Positions 24,205-33,008 of a stretch of DNA of 46,194 nt are shown here, piece after piece (within the stretch, counting starts at the first letter, position 1; each line of letters opens with the position of its first letter). The stretch is from Clostridia bacterium (GTDB taxonomy: Bacteria; Bacillota; Clostridia; RUG12999). The notes beneath the pieces were generated by a model. That model saw nothing but the letters and a program-made list of their open reading frames with translations, made no database searches and was not told the DNA's origin. The translations under genes and the position numbers were made by a program. Where the stretch lies: NCBI GenBank assembly GCA_045644605.1, contig JAZRHB010000056.1, positions 1-46,194 of the forward strand, written 5' to 3'.

Positions 24205-24648
24205 ATGAATAAAAAAACTGCGATTGCGCTTGGAATAGGTGTAGGAGTTGTTGCTGCGGTTGGTATAACTGCTGCAGTTCTTTATAATAAAAAAATGAAA
24301 CAGCAGGAAGAAGATATTGAAATTCTTTTTAACGATGGCGAAGAAACAGAAACTGATACTGTTGTTTGTTTCAGCCACGCAATTGATACCGAGCTTACAT
24401 TTGATGAAGCGCAGGATATTGCTATCCTTGCGGCAAGAGAGCAGTTTGGCGACGATGCGTTTGTTGTTCCGGCAAGCGAAAAGAAAGCGCTTTATGTAAA
24501 TATTGCCGATAAAAAACGTGCCTGCTTTATGTTTGGTGCAGGCGAGCTTAATCTTACTGACGGCACAATGACAGGCCTTTACCACGTCGATGCCGACACC
24601 GGAGAAGTATTTGATAATTCTAAAGGAACTATGGAAAAGATTCGATAA
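24205..24648 (+). CDS. Membrane-anchored hypothetical protein (PepSY-like C-terminal domain)
   Basis: 147 aa with an N-terminal TM helix and SD GGAGGAG. C-terminal ...GLYHVDADTGEVFD resembles PepSY-type domains by eye. Confidence 0.6.
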   Translation: MNKKTAIALGIGVGVVAAVGITAAVLYNKKMKQQEEDIEILFNDGEETETDTVVCFSHAIDTELTFDEAQDIAILAAREQFGDDAFVVPASEKKALYVNIADKKRACFMFGAGELNLTDGTMTGLYHVDADTGEVFDNSKGTMEKIR

Positions 24649-24663
24649 AAGTAAAAAAATAAA

Positions 24664-24688
24664 GGCTACCGTTTCGGTAGCCTTTTTT
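24664..24688. terminator. Bidirectional rho-independent terminator
   Basis: GGCTACCG/CGGTAGCC stem with a TTT loop, A-run before and T-run after, between convergent genes. Confidence 0.85.
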
Positions 24689-24689
24689 G

Positions 24690-25466
24690 TTATATTAATT
24701 CTTCTAAAAATGTTGGTTCATAGCCGTTATCTGCAAGAAGTTTTACTGCTGTGCGAACCTTATCTTCATAATCGGGCTGATAAAGGGGATAATGCTCGTG
24801 GTAATACTGTTCGTGAATCATTATCTCAACAAAATCCTTGCCGATACATGGTGTAAGTGATGGCACAATATCTGGAAGTGCAAACTTGTTTATTACCATA
24901 TCGGTATTTACAAACGGCATTCCTGTTTCGGGGTCGTTATACATTGTATGCGAATGCATATGTTCTGTAACATCGTCGCCGAGATGGTAGGATTTTATGG
25001 GTTCTTCCTTGGTGCCGAACATACCTGCCATTATTTTTATACCGCAATCTTTAAGCGCAAGGATTGTTTCCTTTGATGCGATAACATAGTGGATTGATGT
25101 GCCGCGGCTTAAAGTTTTTTCGCCTGCAAAACGTATGATTTCATTCTGAACCTTTTCGCAGTCGAGTTTTGCTTCGTCATAGGTTGCATTTTCGTATCTT
25201 TCGCCAGGAAATTCGCTCATTGAATGGAACGACAGGCGAAGCCACGAAGAATTTTCTTCCCATTCGTATTTATATTTATCCGGCATCTGCGACAGATTGA
25301 ATCCGTCTGTTTCATAAAATACGTTAAGGTGAACTTTTGTACCAAATTCATCGTGCAGACTTTTAAGAAAACCTAAATATTTATTTTCAAATATTGAACC
25401 ATAATTTTTTTCGGCAAGGTCCTGGAAAACCCAGATATTATCTTCAATTGAAAATCTGTATTTCAT
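24690..25466 (-). CDS. Hypothetical protein with His-rich clusters (possible deacetylase/hydrolase-like fold)
   Basis: 258-aa ORF lying 2 nt downstream of the ilvE stop. Motifs EHMHSHTMY and IMIHEQYYHEHY. No family recognised. Confidence 0.55.
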   Translation of the reverse strand: MKYRFSIEDNIWVFQDLAEKNYGSIFENKYLGFLKSLHDEFGTKVHLNVFYETDGFNLSQMPDKYKYEWEENSSWLRLSFHSMSEFPGERYENATYDEAKLDCEKVQNEIIRFAGEKTLSRGTSIHYVIASKETILALKDCGIKIMAGMFGTKEEPIKSYHLGDDVTEHMHSHTMYNDPETGMPFVNTDMVINKFALPDIVPSLTPCIGKDFVEIMIHEQYYHEHYPLYQPDYEDKVRTAVKLLADNGYEPTFLEELI

Positions 25467-25468
25467 TA

Positions 25469-26527
25469 TTAAACCTCTGTAATCCAGCCGAACGTATCTT
25501 CTACTGTGCCGTTCTGGATACCTGTGATTGAATCGTAAATTTTCTGGGAAACAGGTCCGATTTCACCGCCGTTGATTGTCATAACATCGTCGCAGTAGCG
25601 GAGTTTTCCTACAGGAGAAATTACTGCTGCAGTACCTGTGCCGAATACTTCTTCAAGCTTGCCGTTTTTCTGTGCATCAAGAAGCTCGTCAACAGAGATT
25701 TTTCTTTCTTCAACATCAAGTCCCCAGGATTTGCAAAGCTGAATAACAGAATTACGTGTGATACCAGGAAGAATACTTCCGTTAAGCATAGGTGTTACAA
25801 TTTTGCCATCAATTTTAAAGAAGATGTTCATTGCGCCAACTTCTTCAATATATTTTCTTTCAACACCGTCAAGCCAGAGTACCTGGGAATATCCGTCGTC
25901 GTGTGCTTTTACCTGAGCAATGAGGGATGCAGCATAGTTACCGCCTGTTTTTGCAAATCCCATACCGCCTTTTACGGCACGAACATATTCGTCTTCAATC
26001 CAGATGCCTACCGGTGCAAGTCCGCTTGCGTAGTAAGCTCCGCTTGGAGAAAGAATAATAATGAATTTATATGTTTTTGACGGTGCAACACCGAGGAATT
26101 CATCTGTTGCAATAATAAACGGTCTTATGTAAAGTGAAGTGCCCGGTTCTGTAGGAATCCAGTCTTCATCAACTTTAACAACTGCTTTAACTGCTTCAAC
26201 AAAGTATTCGATGGGAAGTTCGGGAATACAAAGTCTTTCGTTTGATGCGTTTGTTCTTTTAGCATTCATTTCAGGACGGAAAAGTCTTGTTTTGTCGTCG
26301 GCACCTTTATAAGCTTTAAGACCTTCAAACATTTCCTGACCGTAGTGGAATACCATTGCTGACGGAGCAAGAGAAAGGTTCTGATAAGGAACTATTTCAG
26401 CGTCGTGCCAGCCTTTTCCTTCGGTATATTCCATAACAAACATATGGTCCGTAAAGATTTTACCGAATCCTAAGGGGCCTGTCGGTTTAGCTTTTGGTGA
26501 TGTGGTTTTTGTGATTTTTATATCCAT
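25469..26527 (-). CDS. ilvE: Branched-chain amino acid aminotransferase
   Basis: Start MDIKITKT (ATG at 26527). FGKIFTDHMF, HYGQEMFEGLKAY, GGNYAASL, ILPGITR, GTGTAAV are hallmark class-IV BCAT blocks. Confidence 0.93.
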   Translation of the reverse strand: MDIKITKTTSPKAKPTGPLGFGKIFTDHMFVMEYTEGKGWHDAEIVPYQNLSLAPSAMVFHYGQEMFEGLKAYKGADDKTRLFRPEMNAKRTNASNERLCIPELPIEYFVEAVKAVVKVDEDWIPTEPGTSLYIRPFIIATDEFLGVAPSKTYKFIIILSPSGAYYASGLAPVGIWIEDEYVRAVKGGMGFAKTGGNYAASLIAQVKAHDDGYSQVLWLDGVERKYIEEVGAMNIFFKIDGKIVTPMLNGSILPGITRNSVIQLCKSWGLDVEERKISVDELLDAQKNGKLEEVFGTGTAAVISPVGKLRYCDDVMTINGGEIGPVSQKIYDSITGIQNGTVEDTFGWITEV

Positions 26528-26558
26528 TAAAAACACCCTTTCGTATAAATATATTTTT

Positions 26559-26587
26559 ATTATACACTTTTCGTTTGTAAAAATCAA
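26559..26587 (-). promoter_or_regulatory. Sigma-A-like promoter for ilvE (TTGATT-17-TATAAT)
   Basis: Reverse complement gives TTGATT (26587-26582), 17-nt spacer, TATAAT (26564-26559). Confidence 0.5.
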
Positions 26588-26649
26588 TATTAAATTGTAT
26601 TACAGCCTGATAAATATAAATATTACCAAAAAAAAGACAATGAAAACTC

Positions 26650-26678
26650 TTGATTTTAGTTAAAATATATGGTACAAT
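26650..26678 (+). promoter_or_regulatory. Sigma-A-like promoter for the SLH protein gene (TTGATT-17-TACAAT)
   Basis: TTGATT at 26650-26655, 17-nt spacer ending TGG, TACAAT at 26673-26678. Confidence 0.5.
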
Positions 26679-26709
26679 ATCTACACTAAAAATAATGGAG
26701 GAAGCAATT

Positions 26710-29700
26710 ATGAAAAAAGTATTATCACTTTTGTTAGCATTAACAATGCTTTTTTCGGTATGTGTGTATGCAGAAGATGCACAAACCATTTCGGGAACAG
26801 CATTTCCTGATGTAGCAGAAGATCATGCTAATATCGAAGCTATAGAAACCCTTGCGGAGATGGGTATAATCAATGGATATCCTGATGGTACCTTCGGAAC
26901 GGAGGGTCTTATAACGCGTGCGGAATTCGTTAAAATGCTTATGGTACTTAACGGCAGCCAGAACGTAAACGTAGGTAATGTTACAACGGGATTTCCTGAT
27001 GTTGACGGTAATGGGGAAACATCTGCACACTGGGCAATTTCGTACATAAAAACGGCTATAGACCTTGGTATAATCAATGGTTACCCTGATGGTACGTTTA
27101 ACCCTGACGGTAAAGTTAAATATGAAGAAGCAATAAAGATGACTGTGTGCTATACAGGAAGGGATCAGGCGGCTAAAGACAGGGCTAAAACGATTGGAAT
27201 GCCGCTTTGGCCTGATGCGTATTTAAGCTTTGGTACAGAGCTTCTTATGAATAAAAACGTATCTTGCAAAACAGGTGATTATGCAACAAGAGCAAACGTT
27301 GCACAAATTGTATATAACACAAAAGATGTACCTAAAATAGCTCCAACACCGGTAGTTGTGCCGGGTGGAGGAAGTTTTAGCGGATATTCGGAACCGGAAA
27401 AAAAGATTTCACTTGAAGAAGCGCTTGAAAACAGACAGAACTGGTCGGGCAAACGTTCCGGTGAGGTTGTTGCTGCAGGCTGGATTGACGAAAATGAAGA
27501 AGTAGTGAAGTATATTCTTGAAACAAACATATACACCAGAGAAGGGCTTATAACTAGCATAAATCATTATCAGATGATTGTAAAAATGGATAAAGCTATT
27601 GACGGATGTGAATATGTTCTTTTTGAGGATGAAGCAAGGACAAAATCATTTTCACACTTGCTTGCTCATGATGTGTCGGTAAGCTTTAAATACGATGGAG
27701 ATGACGATAAGTTTTATGTAAAAGCGGTAGAATCGCTTCAGGAATCGAAAACAATAGGTTCGGTAAGCAGTGAAGATATTGAATATGGAAAAACGGCGAA
27801 ATATAATGAAAACGCAACAACAAATTACGGTATTGTATATTTCGATAAAATCAAAGAACAAGACTATACAGTAGAACTTCCGCTGGCACTTAACGGACTT
27901 AAAGTTATATATAATGATGTGCTTGTAGATACGTTGGAATATCCCCTTTCCATAAATGATTTTATTCCCAAAAGCGGATCGATTTCATACGTAAAAGAAG
28001 GAAGAAGTGATTACAAACTTATAAGAATCAAATCCTATGAAACCTATGTGGTAGGAAAAACAATTACTTCTGAACCGAGGGGAATAGAAGATAAATACAA
28101 AAAACAAATAGACGGAATAACTCCGCTTCGGCTTCAGCTTGATGACAGAGTGGAAAGTGGCAAAAGTATAATTGTCAAGAAACCGACAGGGGAAGCAATG
28201 ACCGTTTCCAGTATAAAAGCAGGAAACGTGCTTGTTGCGACTTCTTCAAAATGCGGAACAAGAGTTGGCGTAACGGTTTATACTACTCAGCTTGGAAACA
28301 AAAAGATATCTGGAATTTCGGAAGAAGGGCTTGTTTTCTCGGATAATATCAGCCAAACATACCCGTACAGTGATTATTATAAAACGTATGTACAGCCCAT
28401 AAGTGAACTTGAACAGGGAGACAGAATAACAGCGTATGTTAATAGTAAAAATGAAATAGTGTATATAACTGAGTCGCAGGCAAGTTATACAATAGGATAT
28501 TTAAAAGAAGCGATCCTTGATGAAACCCAGACACCATCAGTACTTACGCTTAAGATACTTACAGCAGGCGACACACCTAAACTTTCAACATATTCTGTAT
28601 CAAGATCAACGAAAATCAGAACAGCAACAATGAGTGAAGGAGAGTATGTATTATCGCCAAGTGCAAAATATAATGATATGGCAGATTTTTATAATGCGCT
28701 TGTATCACAGGCAACAGCGATTAACAGCGGAAAAGCTTCGGGTTACAATGTAAACGCTGCAGCATCTCAGCCAATCAGGTTTGTTGTGGAAGGAAACGTA
28801 ATTGAAGAACTTGAAACAATGGCGCTTGATACGGATAACAGATTCAGCGGAACACCGCTTATGTATACAGGAACGCAGTTCAAAGGAATAGGCGAAGATA
28901 TGCGTCAGTATGCCGCAAGCTCAGGCGCAACATACATTTTTGTTCCAAATGACAGAAAGAGCTGGGCAGAAAGTATTTATAAAATGGGAAACAAAGCGCA
29001 GTGCTCGTCTAAGCTTGTAGAATACGGAAAATACAATATTGAACCATTCTTCTTGCCGAACGCAAGCGGAGTGCTTGAACGAAAGGTGTTTGTTGTATAT
29101 AATGAAAATATTGATGCTCAGCCGAATTATAAATCTGAAACAATAGTTGTAAAATCAATTGACCCGGTACTTAATTCAGCAGGTGAGGCGATTTATAACA
29201 TTGTACCGCAAAGCGGACTTGGAGCTTCTAAGTCGGCATATAAGACAGAATACCTTTCTACTGCAGACAATGCATATCTGCTTGATGCATCATTTGCAAA
29301 AATACCTGACGGACAGGGCGAATGGGTAAGAAGAGCAGTGAAAAAAGGCGATGTTATTCGAGTTGGTTATGCTCCAGGCGGAGCTGTAAGAACCATAGAA
29401 ATTGTGTTTGATATAAGTGATGCACTTTCTGCAAGAAAATATGCGGCATATAACTATAAAGGGGACGATATTGCACTTGCTGATGCGGAAGATTCGCAGC
29501 CAACTTATTATGGAAGAGTAGGTCTTGTAACAAACATTCCGCAGGCGCCTGAATATTGTACGCTTTCAGTAGGAGTGGACACACTCAGCAACTTATCTAT
29601 GGAAGGCACATCCGCATACGCAAACCAGAACGTATGTCTTAATACTTACACAACGAAGGAAACTGCACAGGGACCGATGGAAGTATCAAGCTTTGAAAAT

Positions 29701-29856
29701 ACAACGCTTGACTACATAAACGAAGGTGATATGATTTATGTATGGCAGGCATATTCGGCAGGTCTTAAAATAAAAGCAATTTATGCAGTAAGATATGAAG
29801 ATAGAAATCTTTTGGAAGAATATGCGGCTGAAACGACACCGACATCTGGCCAATAA
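26710..29856 (+). CDS. Large secreted SLH-domain cell-wall protein
   Basis: Start MKKVLSLLLALTMLFSVCVYA (signal peptide, SD GGAGGAAG). Three SLH repeats (FPDV...INGYPDGTF twice, plus a degenerate third). About 800 aa of unassigned passenger sequence. Confidence 0.88.
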   Translation: MKKVLSLLLALTMLFSVCVYAEDAQTISGTAFPDVAEDHANIEAIETLAEMGIINGYPDGTFGTEGLITRAEFVKMLMVLNGSQNVNVGNVTTGFPDVDGNGETSAHWAISYIKTAIDLGIINGYPDGTFNPDGKVKYEEAIKMTVCYTGRDQAAKDRAKTIGMPLWPDAYLSFGTELLMNKNVSCKTGDYATRANVAQIVYNTKDVPKIAPTPVVVPGGGSFSGYSEPEKKISLEEALENRQNWSGKRSGEVVAAGWIDENEEVVKYILETNIYTREGLITSINHYQMIVKMDKAIDGCEYVLFEDEARTKSFSHLLAHDVSVSFKYDGDDDKFYVKAVESLQESKTIGSVSSEDIEYGKTAKYNENATTNYGIVYFDKIKEQDYTVELPLALNGLKVIYNDVLVDTLEYPLSINDFIPKSGSISYVKEGRSDYKLIRIKSYETYVVGKTITSEPRGIEDKYKKQIDGITPLRLQLDDRVESGKSIIVKKPTGEAMTVSSIKAGNVLVATSSKCGTRVGVTVYTTQLGNKKISGISEEGLVFSDNISQTYPYSDYYKTYVQPISELEQGDRITAYVNSKNEIVYITESQASYTIGYLKEAILDETQTPSVLTLKILTAGDTPKLSTYSVSRSTKIRTATMSEGEYVLSPSAKYNDMADFYNALVSQATAINSGKASGYNVNAAASQPIRFVVEGNVIEELETMALDTDNRFSGTPLMYTGTQFKGIGEDMRQYAASSGATYIFVPNDRKSWAESIYKMGNKAQCSSKLVEYGKYNIEPFFLPNASGVLERKVFVVYNENIDAQPNYKSETIVVKSIDPVLNSAGEAIYNIVPQSGLGASKSAYKTEYLSTADNAYLLDASFAKIPDGQGEWVRRAVKKGDVIRVGYAPGGAVRTIEIVFDISDALSARKYAAYNYKGDDIALADAEDSQPTYYGRVGLVTNIPQAPEYCTLSVGVDTLSNLSMEGTSAYANQNVCLNTYTTKETAQGPMEVSSFENTTLDYINEGDMIYVWQAYSAGLKIKAIYAVRYEDRNLLEEYAAETTPTSGQ

Positions 29857-29869
29857 AAAGTAAATATTT

Positions 29870-29899
29870 AAGCCGAAAAACAGACTTGTTTTTCGGCTT
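29870..29899 (+). terminator. Hairpin terminator after the SLH gene
   Basis: AAGCCGAAAAACA/TGTTTTTCGGCTT 13-bp stem with a 4-nt loop. The trailing T-run is weak. Confidence 0.6.
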
Positions 29900-29922
29900 A
29901 ATGTTTGACATAGGAGATAATT

Positions 29923-30534
29923 ATGATTTACACAATTAAAAATGTAGGCAAAAACAATATTGATATTTCGGACAGCATATGGGGAGAAGCACAGGTTGCT
30001 AAAATGGATAACTATGTCTGGGATGAAACCGGCTTCAAACCGCAGAACTTTGCAATGGCACTTGCGGGTGATGCGGGGATTACTGTACTTCTTTCAAGTG
30101 ATGAGCACCCGGTTACAGCAACAAAAACCGAGTTCAATTCGAAAATTTGTGAAGACAGTTGTCTTGAAGTGTTTATAAATGCAAATCCGCAGCACGATAA
30201 CAGATATTTCAATTTTGAAATAAGTGCAAGCGGAGCGTTTCATGTTGGACTGGGATCCGACAGATATGACAGGAGTAAAATATTTGATGTTGACCCTGAA
30301 ATTTTCTGCGTGGAAACCAATGTAGCCGAAGACGGATGGTGTGCAAAAATATTTATTCCGTTTGAATTTATGGAAAGTCGTTACGGGATGAAAATCGGAA
30401 AAGAATTTAAAGGCAATTTCTATAAATGCGGCGATAAAACACCGATTCCGCATTTTGGTACATGGGCGCCCGTTGTTGCTCCGCAGCCGGACTATCACAG
30501 ACCGGAATGTTTCGGAACATTTGTTATTGAATAA
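29923..30534 (+). CDS. Carbohydrate-binding family 9-like protein
   Basis: 203 aa. EDSCLEVFIN...RYFNFEISASGAFHVG...FKGNFYKCGD pattern as in CBM9-like/DOMON-like beta-sandwich proteins. Assignment by eye. Confidence 0.5.
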   Translation: MIYTIKNVGKNNIDISDSIWGEAQVAKMDNYVWDETGFKPQNFAMALAGDAGITVLLSSDEHPVTATKTEFNSKICEDSCLEVFINANPQHDNRYFNFEISASGAFHVGLGSDRYDRSKIFDVDPEIFCVETNVAEDGWCAKIFIPFEFMESRYGMKIGKEFKGNFYKCGDKTPIPHFGTWAPVVAPQPDYHRPECFGTFVIE

Positions 30535-30545
30535 GGCGTTGTATT

Positions 30546-31019
30546 ATGGCGGAAATAAAAACAAATGCAGTAAGGGTTCTTGAAAAAAACAAAGTAAATT
30601 ATACCTTGCATATATATGAGCCCAATGAGAATGTAGATGCAATAAGCGCGGCAGCAAAGATAAAAATGCCGGTTGAAAAGGTGTACAAAACCCTGGTTAC
30701 AAAGGGAAAAAGCGGAGGACATTATGTTTTTGTCATAAGGGCAGACGGAGAGCTTGACCTGAAAAAAGCGGCGGCAAGTGTTGGTGAAAAGAATGTAGAA
30801 ATGATTCCTGTTAAAGAGCTTTTGAAAACTACGGGATATATCCGCGGAGGATGTAGTCCTGTGGGAATGAAAAAGCTTTTCAAAACTGTGATTGATGCCG
30901 AGGCGGAAAATCTCGAAACATTTGTTGTGAGTTCAGGTAAAATAGGCTGTTTTATGGAGCTTTGCCCGAAAGATTTGCAAAAACTTATTAACTGTGAATT
31001 TGTATCCATACTTGCATAA
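30546..31019 (+). CDS. ybaK: Cys-tRNA(Pro)/Cys-tRNA(Cys) deacylase YbaK
   Basis: 157 aa. TNAVRVLEKNKVNYTLHIY, YKTLV, GYIRGGCSPVGMKK are YbaK/EbsC signature blocks. Confidence 0.88.
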   Translation: MAEIKTNAVRVLEKNKVNYTLHIYEPNENVDAISAAAKIKMPVEKVYKTLVTKGKSGGHYVFVIRADGELDLKKAAASVGEKNVEMIPVKELLKTTGYIRGGCSPVGMKKLFKTVIDAEAENLETFVVSSGKIGCFMELCPKDLQKLINCEFVSILA

Positions 31020-31059
31020 ATTGATGCGGACGTGAAAATACTACCTTTGAGGTGATATT

Positions 31060-31251
31060 GTGGATATAAAAAGCAGTATTATAAACGAAATAGATTCAAG
31101 GCTTGAAAGACTTGCCGAGCATAAGGATGATGTAAAAGAAAATAACGACAATCCTTATTCGGAAGTTACGCACGCTCTTTCGAAAGTGATAGGCTACGCA
31201 CTCGCGGGCGAACTTCGCAGTATAAAAGAATATGTAGAAAAATTAAACTGA
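31060..31251 (+). CDS. Small hypothetical helical protein (63 aa)
   Basis: GTG start 8 nt after GAGGTGA. The stop is embedded in a strong terminator stem. Confidence 0.5.
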   Translation: MDIKSSIINEIDSRLERLAEHKDDVKENNDNPYSEVTHALSKVIGYALAGELRSIKEYVEKLN

Positions 31252-31276
31252 GTGGTTAAGGCCACTCAGTTTTTTT
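31247..31276. terminator. Bidirectional rho-independent terminator
   Basis: ACTGAGTGG/CCACTCAGT stem followed by T7, between convergent genes. Confidence 0.85.
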
Positions 31277-31278
31277 GT

Positions 31279-31656
31279 TCATAAGAGATTTTTCAGATTG
31301 AATTTACCGTCGTTTTTAAGATCGTCCATGCGGTGTTGTACCATTAGTAGTTGATGTTTGAGTGCGGCGATGTCGCCGTGCCGGTAATATTCTGCGGCGG
31401 ATTTTGATGCAAGGTCAATATCGTCCACTTTAGACCTGTTTGAAAAGGAATATAAAAGCAGATCGGAATCATCAAGTTCTTCAAGTAAAGTATTAATACA
31501 TTCTCCGCAAGCCTCGTAATCGGTGTCGGCTAGATAAACAGCCTCATTTACGATAGAGGATATGTTATTTGAAAAGGAGTCGATGCGGCGGGTGTATATT
31601 AAATTAACAGAAAAAATCGTCAATATAAAGACAATTGCAATCCATACCTTTTTCAT
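31279..31656 (-). CDS. DUF4363 family protein
   Basis: 125 aa with an N-terminal TM helix. Overlaps the upstream DUF421 gene by 4 nt (ATGA), the usual DUF421/DUF4363 pairing. Confidence 0.7.
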   Translation of the reverse strand: MKKVWIAIVFILTIFSVNLIYTRRIDSFSNNISSIVNEAVYLADTDYEACGECINTLLEELDDSDLLLYSFSNRSKVDDIDLASKSAAEYYRHGDIAALKHQLLMVQHRMDDLKNDGKFNLKNLL

Positions 31657-32333
31657 TTTTTCATCTCTTTCTTTTGAAAATAAAATTCGCCGCAGGAATC
31701 ATAAACGGCATAAAAAACCTCTTTTGCAGACTGAATTCCTTTTGCGTGGAGGAGGTTATTAAGCTTTTTCTCGGTTATACCGGCGGAGGTAAGATTTTCG
31801 TGTATAATTTCGCCATCTATTATAACGGGATATGGCATTGCTCCCGGACCAAGATCAAGATTTAAATCCTTTGCGGAAGGGACCTTGCCGGAAATGGATG
31901 GGATAATACTTATTTTTCCGCTGTTTTCCAGAATGGCAAACTCAACATCGCGAATGTCGGCATATCCCTCCTGACGAAGAAGCTCAAGCACCTCGTCTAT
32001 GCTATATCGTAGTGATTTCATTATGCTTATATCCATTTCTCCGTGACGCACTATAATAACGGGTTTGCCGTCGAGAAGAAGACGAAGTCTCCTGCTTTTT
32101 AGAGCAAGTGCGGAAATTATAAGCTCCAGAGAAATAAGGGTTGCTATAGGAACAAGACTGTGTACAAGCGGCAGGTCTATATCCTGCATGGGAATTGATG
32201 CAAGCTCGGAAAATAACAGTATAATTACAAACTCTATCGGGTCAAGGTCGCCTACTTGTTTTTTGCCCATTATTCGCATTGCGATTATTACAAGAATATA
32301 AAGAATGATTGTACGGGTAAAGCTTACAAGCAA
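31653..32333 (-). CDS. DUF421 (YetF-like) membrane protein
   Basis: 226 aa. RIMGKKQVGDLDPIEFVIILL is the typical DUF421 N-terminus, with the soluble C-terminal domain. Confidence 0.8.
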   Translation of the reverse strand: MLVSFTRTIILYILVIIAMRIMGKKQVGDLDPIEFVIILLFSELASIPMQDIDLPLVHSLVPIATLISLELIISALALKSRRLRLLLDGKPVIIVRHGEMDISIMKSLRYSIDEVLELLRQEGYADIRDVEFAILENSGKISIIPSISGKVPSAKDLNLDLGPGAMPYPVIIDGEIIHENLTSAGITEKKLNNLLHAKGIQSAKEVFYAVYDSCGEFYFQKKEMKK

Positions 32334-32466
32334 AAAAATCTTCCTTTCGTTGGGGTTTATATTAATATTGCACGTTAAAATGCGGCTTATTCAGGCGATG
32401 GATAAAACAGATTAAATTTTTGTAACATTTTGATAAAAATTTTTTTAAATTTTTATTAAAAAATAC

Positions 32467-32495
32467 TTGATTTTTTTCAAAATTTATTGTAAAAT
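32467..32495 (+). promoter_or_regulatory. dcw/mraZ promoter (TTGATT-17-TAAAAT, extended TG)
   Basis: TTGATT at 32467-32472, 17-nt spacer ending TG, TAAAAT at 32490-32495. Confidence 0.55.
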
Positions 32496-32503
32496 ATATA
32501 TAA

Positions 32504-32540
32504 AGTGGTGTCCAGTGGATGGACAGTGGTATTGAAGTGG
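32504..32540 (+). promoter_or_regulatory. Putative MraZ operator: four phased AGTGG boxes
   Basis: AGTGG at 32504, 32514, 32525 and 32536 (spacing 10/11/11 nt), directly downstream of the -10 and upstream of the mraZ ATG. Confidence 0.6.
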
Positions 32541-32576
32541 ATGAATTTCAGCTCAAAATGGGAAGGAGGGCGTAAT

Positions 32577-33008
32577 ATGTTTATAGGAAATTATAATCAC
32601 AGTGTTGACGAAAAAGGCAGATTTATTATGCCCGCCAAATATCGTGAACAACTGGACGGAAGATGTGTTGTAACAAAAGGTATTGACGGAAACGGACTTT
32701 ACATTTACGACATGAAAGAATGGGAAAACTTCATAGGCAGATTACGTCAGCTTCCGAACAGCAGACCTGAAATAAGAGATTTGCAGCGTCACTTTGTTAC
32801 CGAAGCAGAAACGGTTGAAATAGATAAACAGGGCAGATGTCTTATTTCCGCTAACCTTCGTCAATATGCGGGCATTACATCCGAAATAAGACTTATGGGT
32901 GTTGATAACAAGATAGAGCTCTGGAGCATGGAAAGCTGGAACAAATACAACACGGAAAAACAGCCTGATGTTGCAGAAATTGCAGCTACGGTTGACCTGA
33001 TAATATAA
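32577..33008 (+). CDS. mraZ: Transcriptional regulator MraZ
   Basis: MFIGNYNHSVDEKGRFIMPAKYR plus the second DxxGR repeat (IDKQGRCLI). ATG at 32577 follows GGAAGGAGGG. Confidence 0.95.
   Translation: MFIGNYNHSVDEKGRFIMPAKYREQLDGRCVVTKGIDGNGLYIYDMKEWENFIGRLRQLPNSRPEIRDLQRHFVTEAETVEIDKQGRCLISANLRQYAGITSEIRLMGVDNKIELWSMESWNKYNTEKQPDVAEIAATVDLII

Noticed and set aside
26487-26789. 100-aa minus-strand ORF spanning the ilvE/SLH divergent promoter region
   Set aside because: It overlaps the 5' ends of both flanking genes and both predicted promoters. The true ilvE start with an SD is at 26527.
32505-32576. N-terminal extension of mraZ from the GTG at 32505 (MVSSGWTVVLKWMNFSSKW...)
   Set aside because: The extension is simply the four AGTGG operator boxes read as codons. 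The canonical MraZ N-terminus MFIGNY starts at 32577, directly after GGAAGGAGGG.
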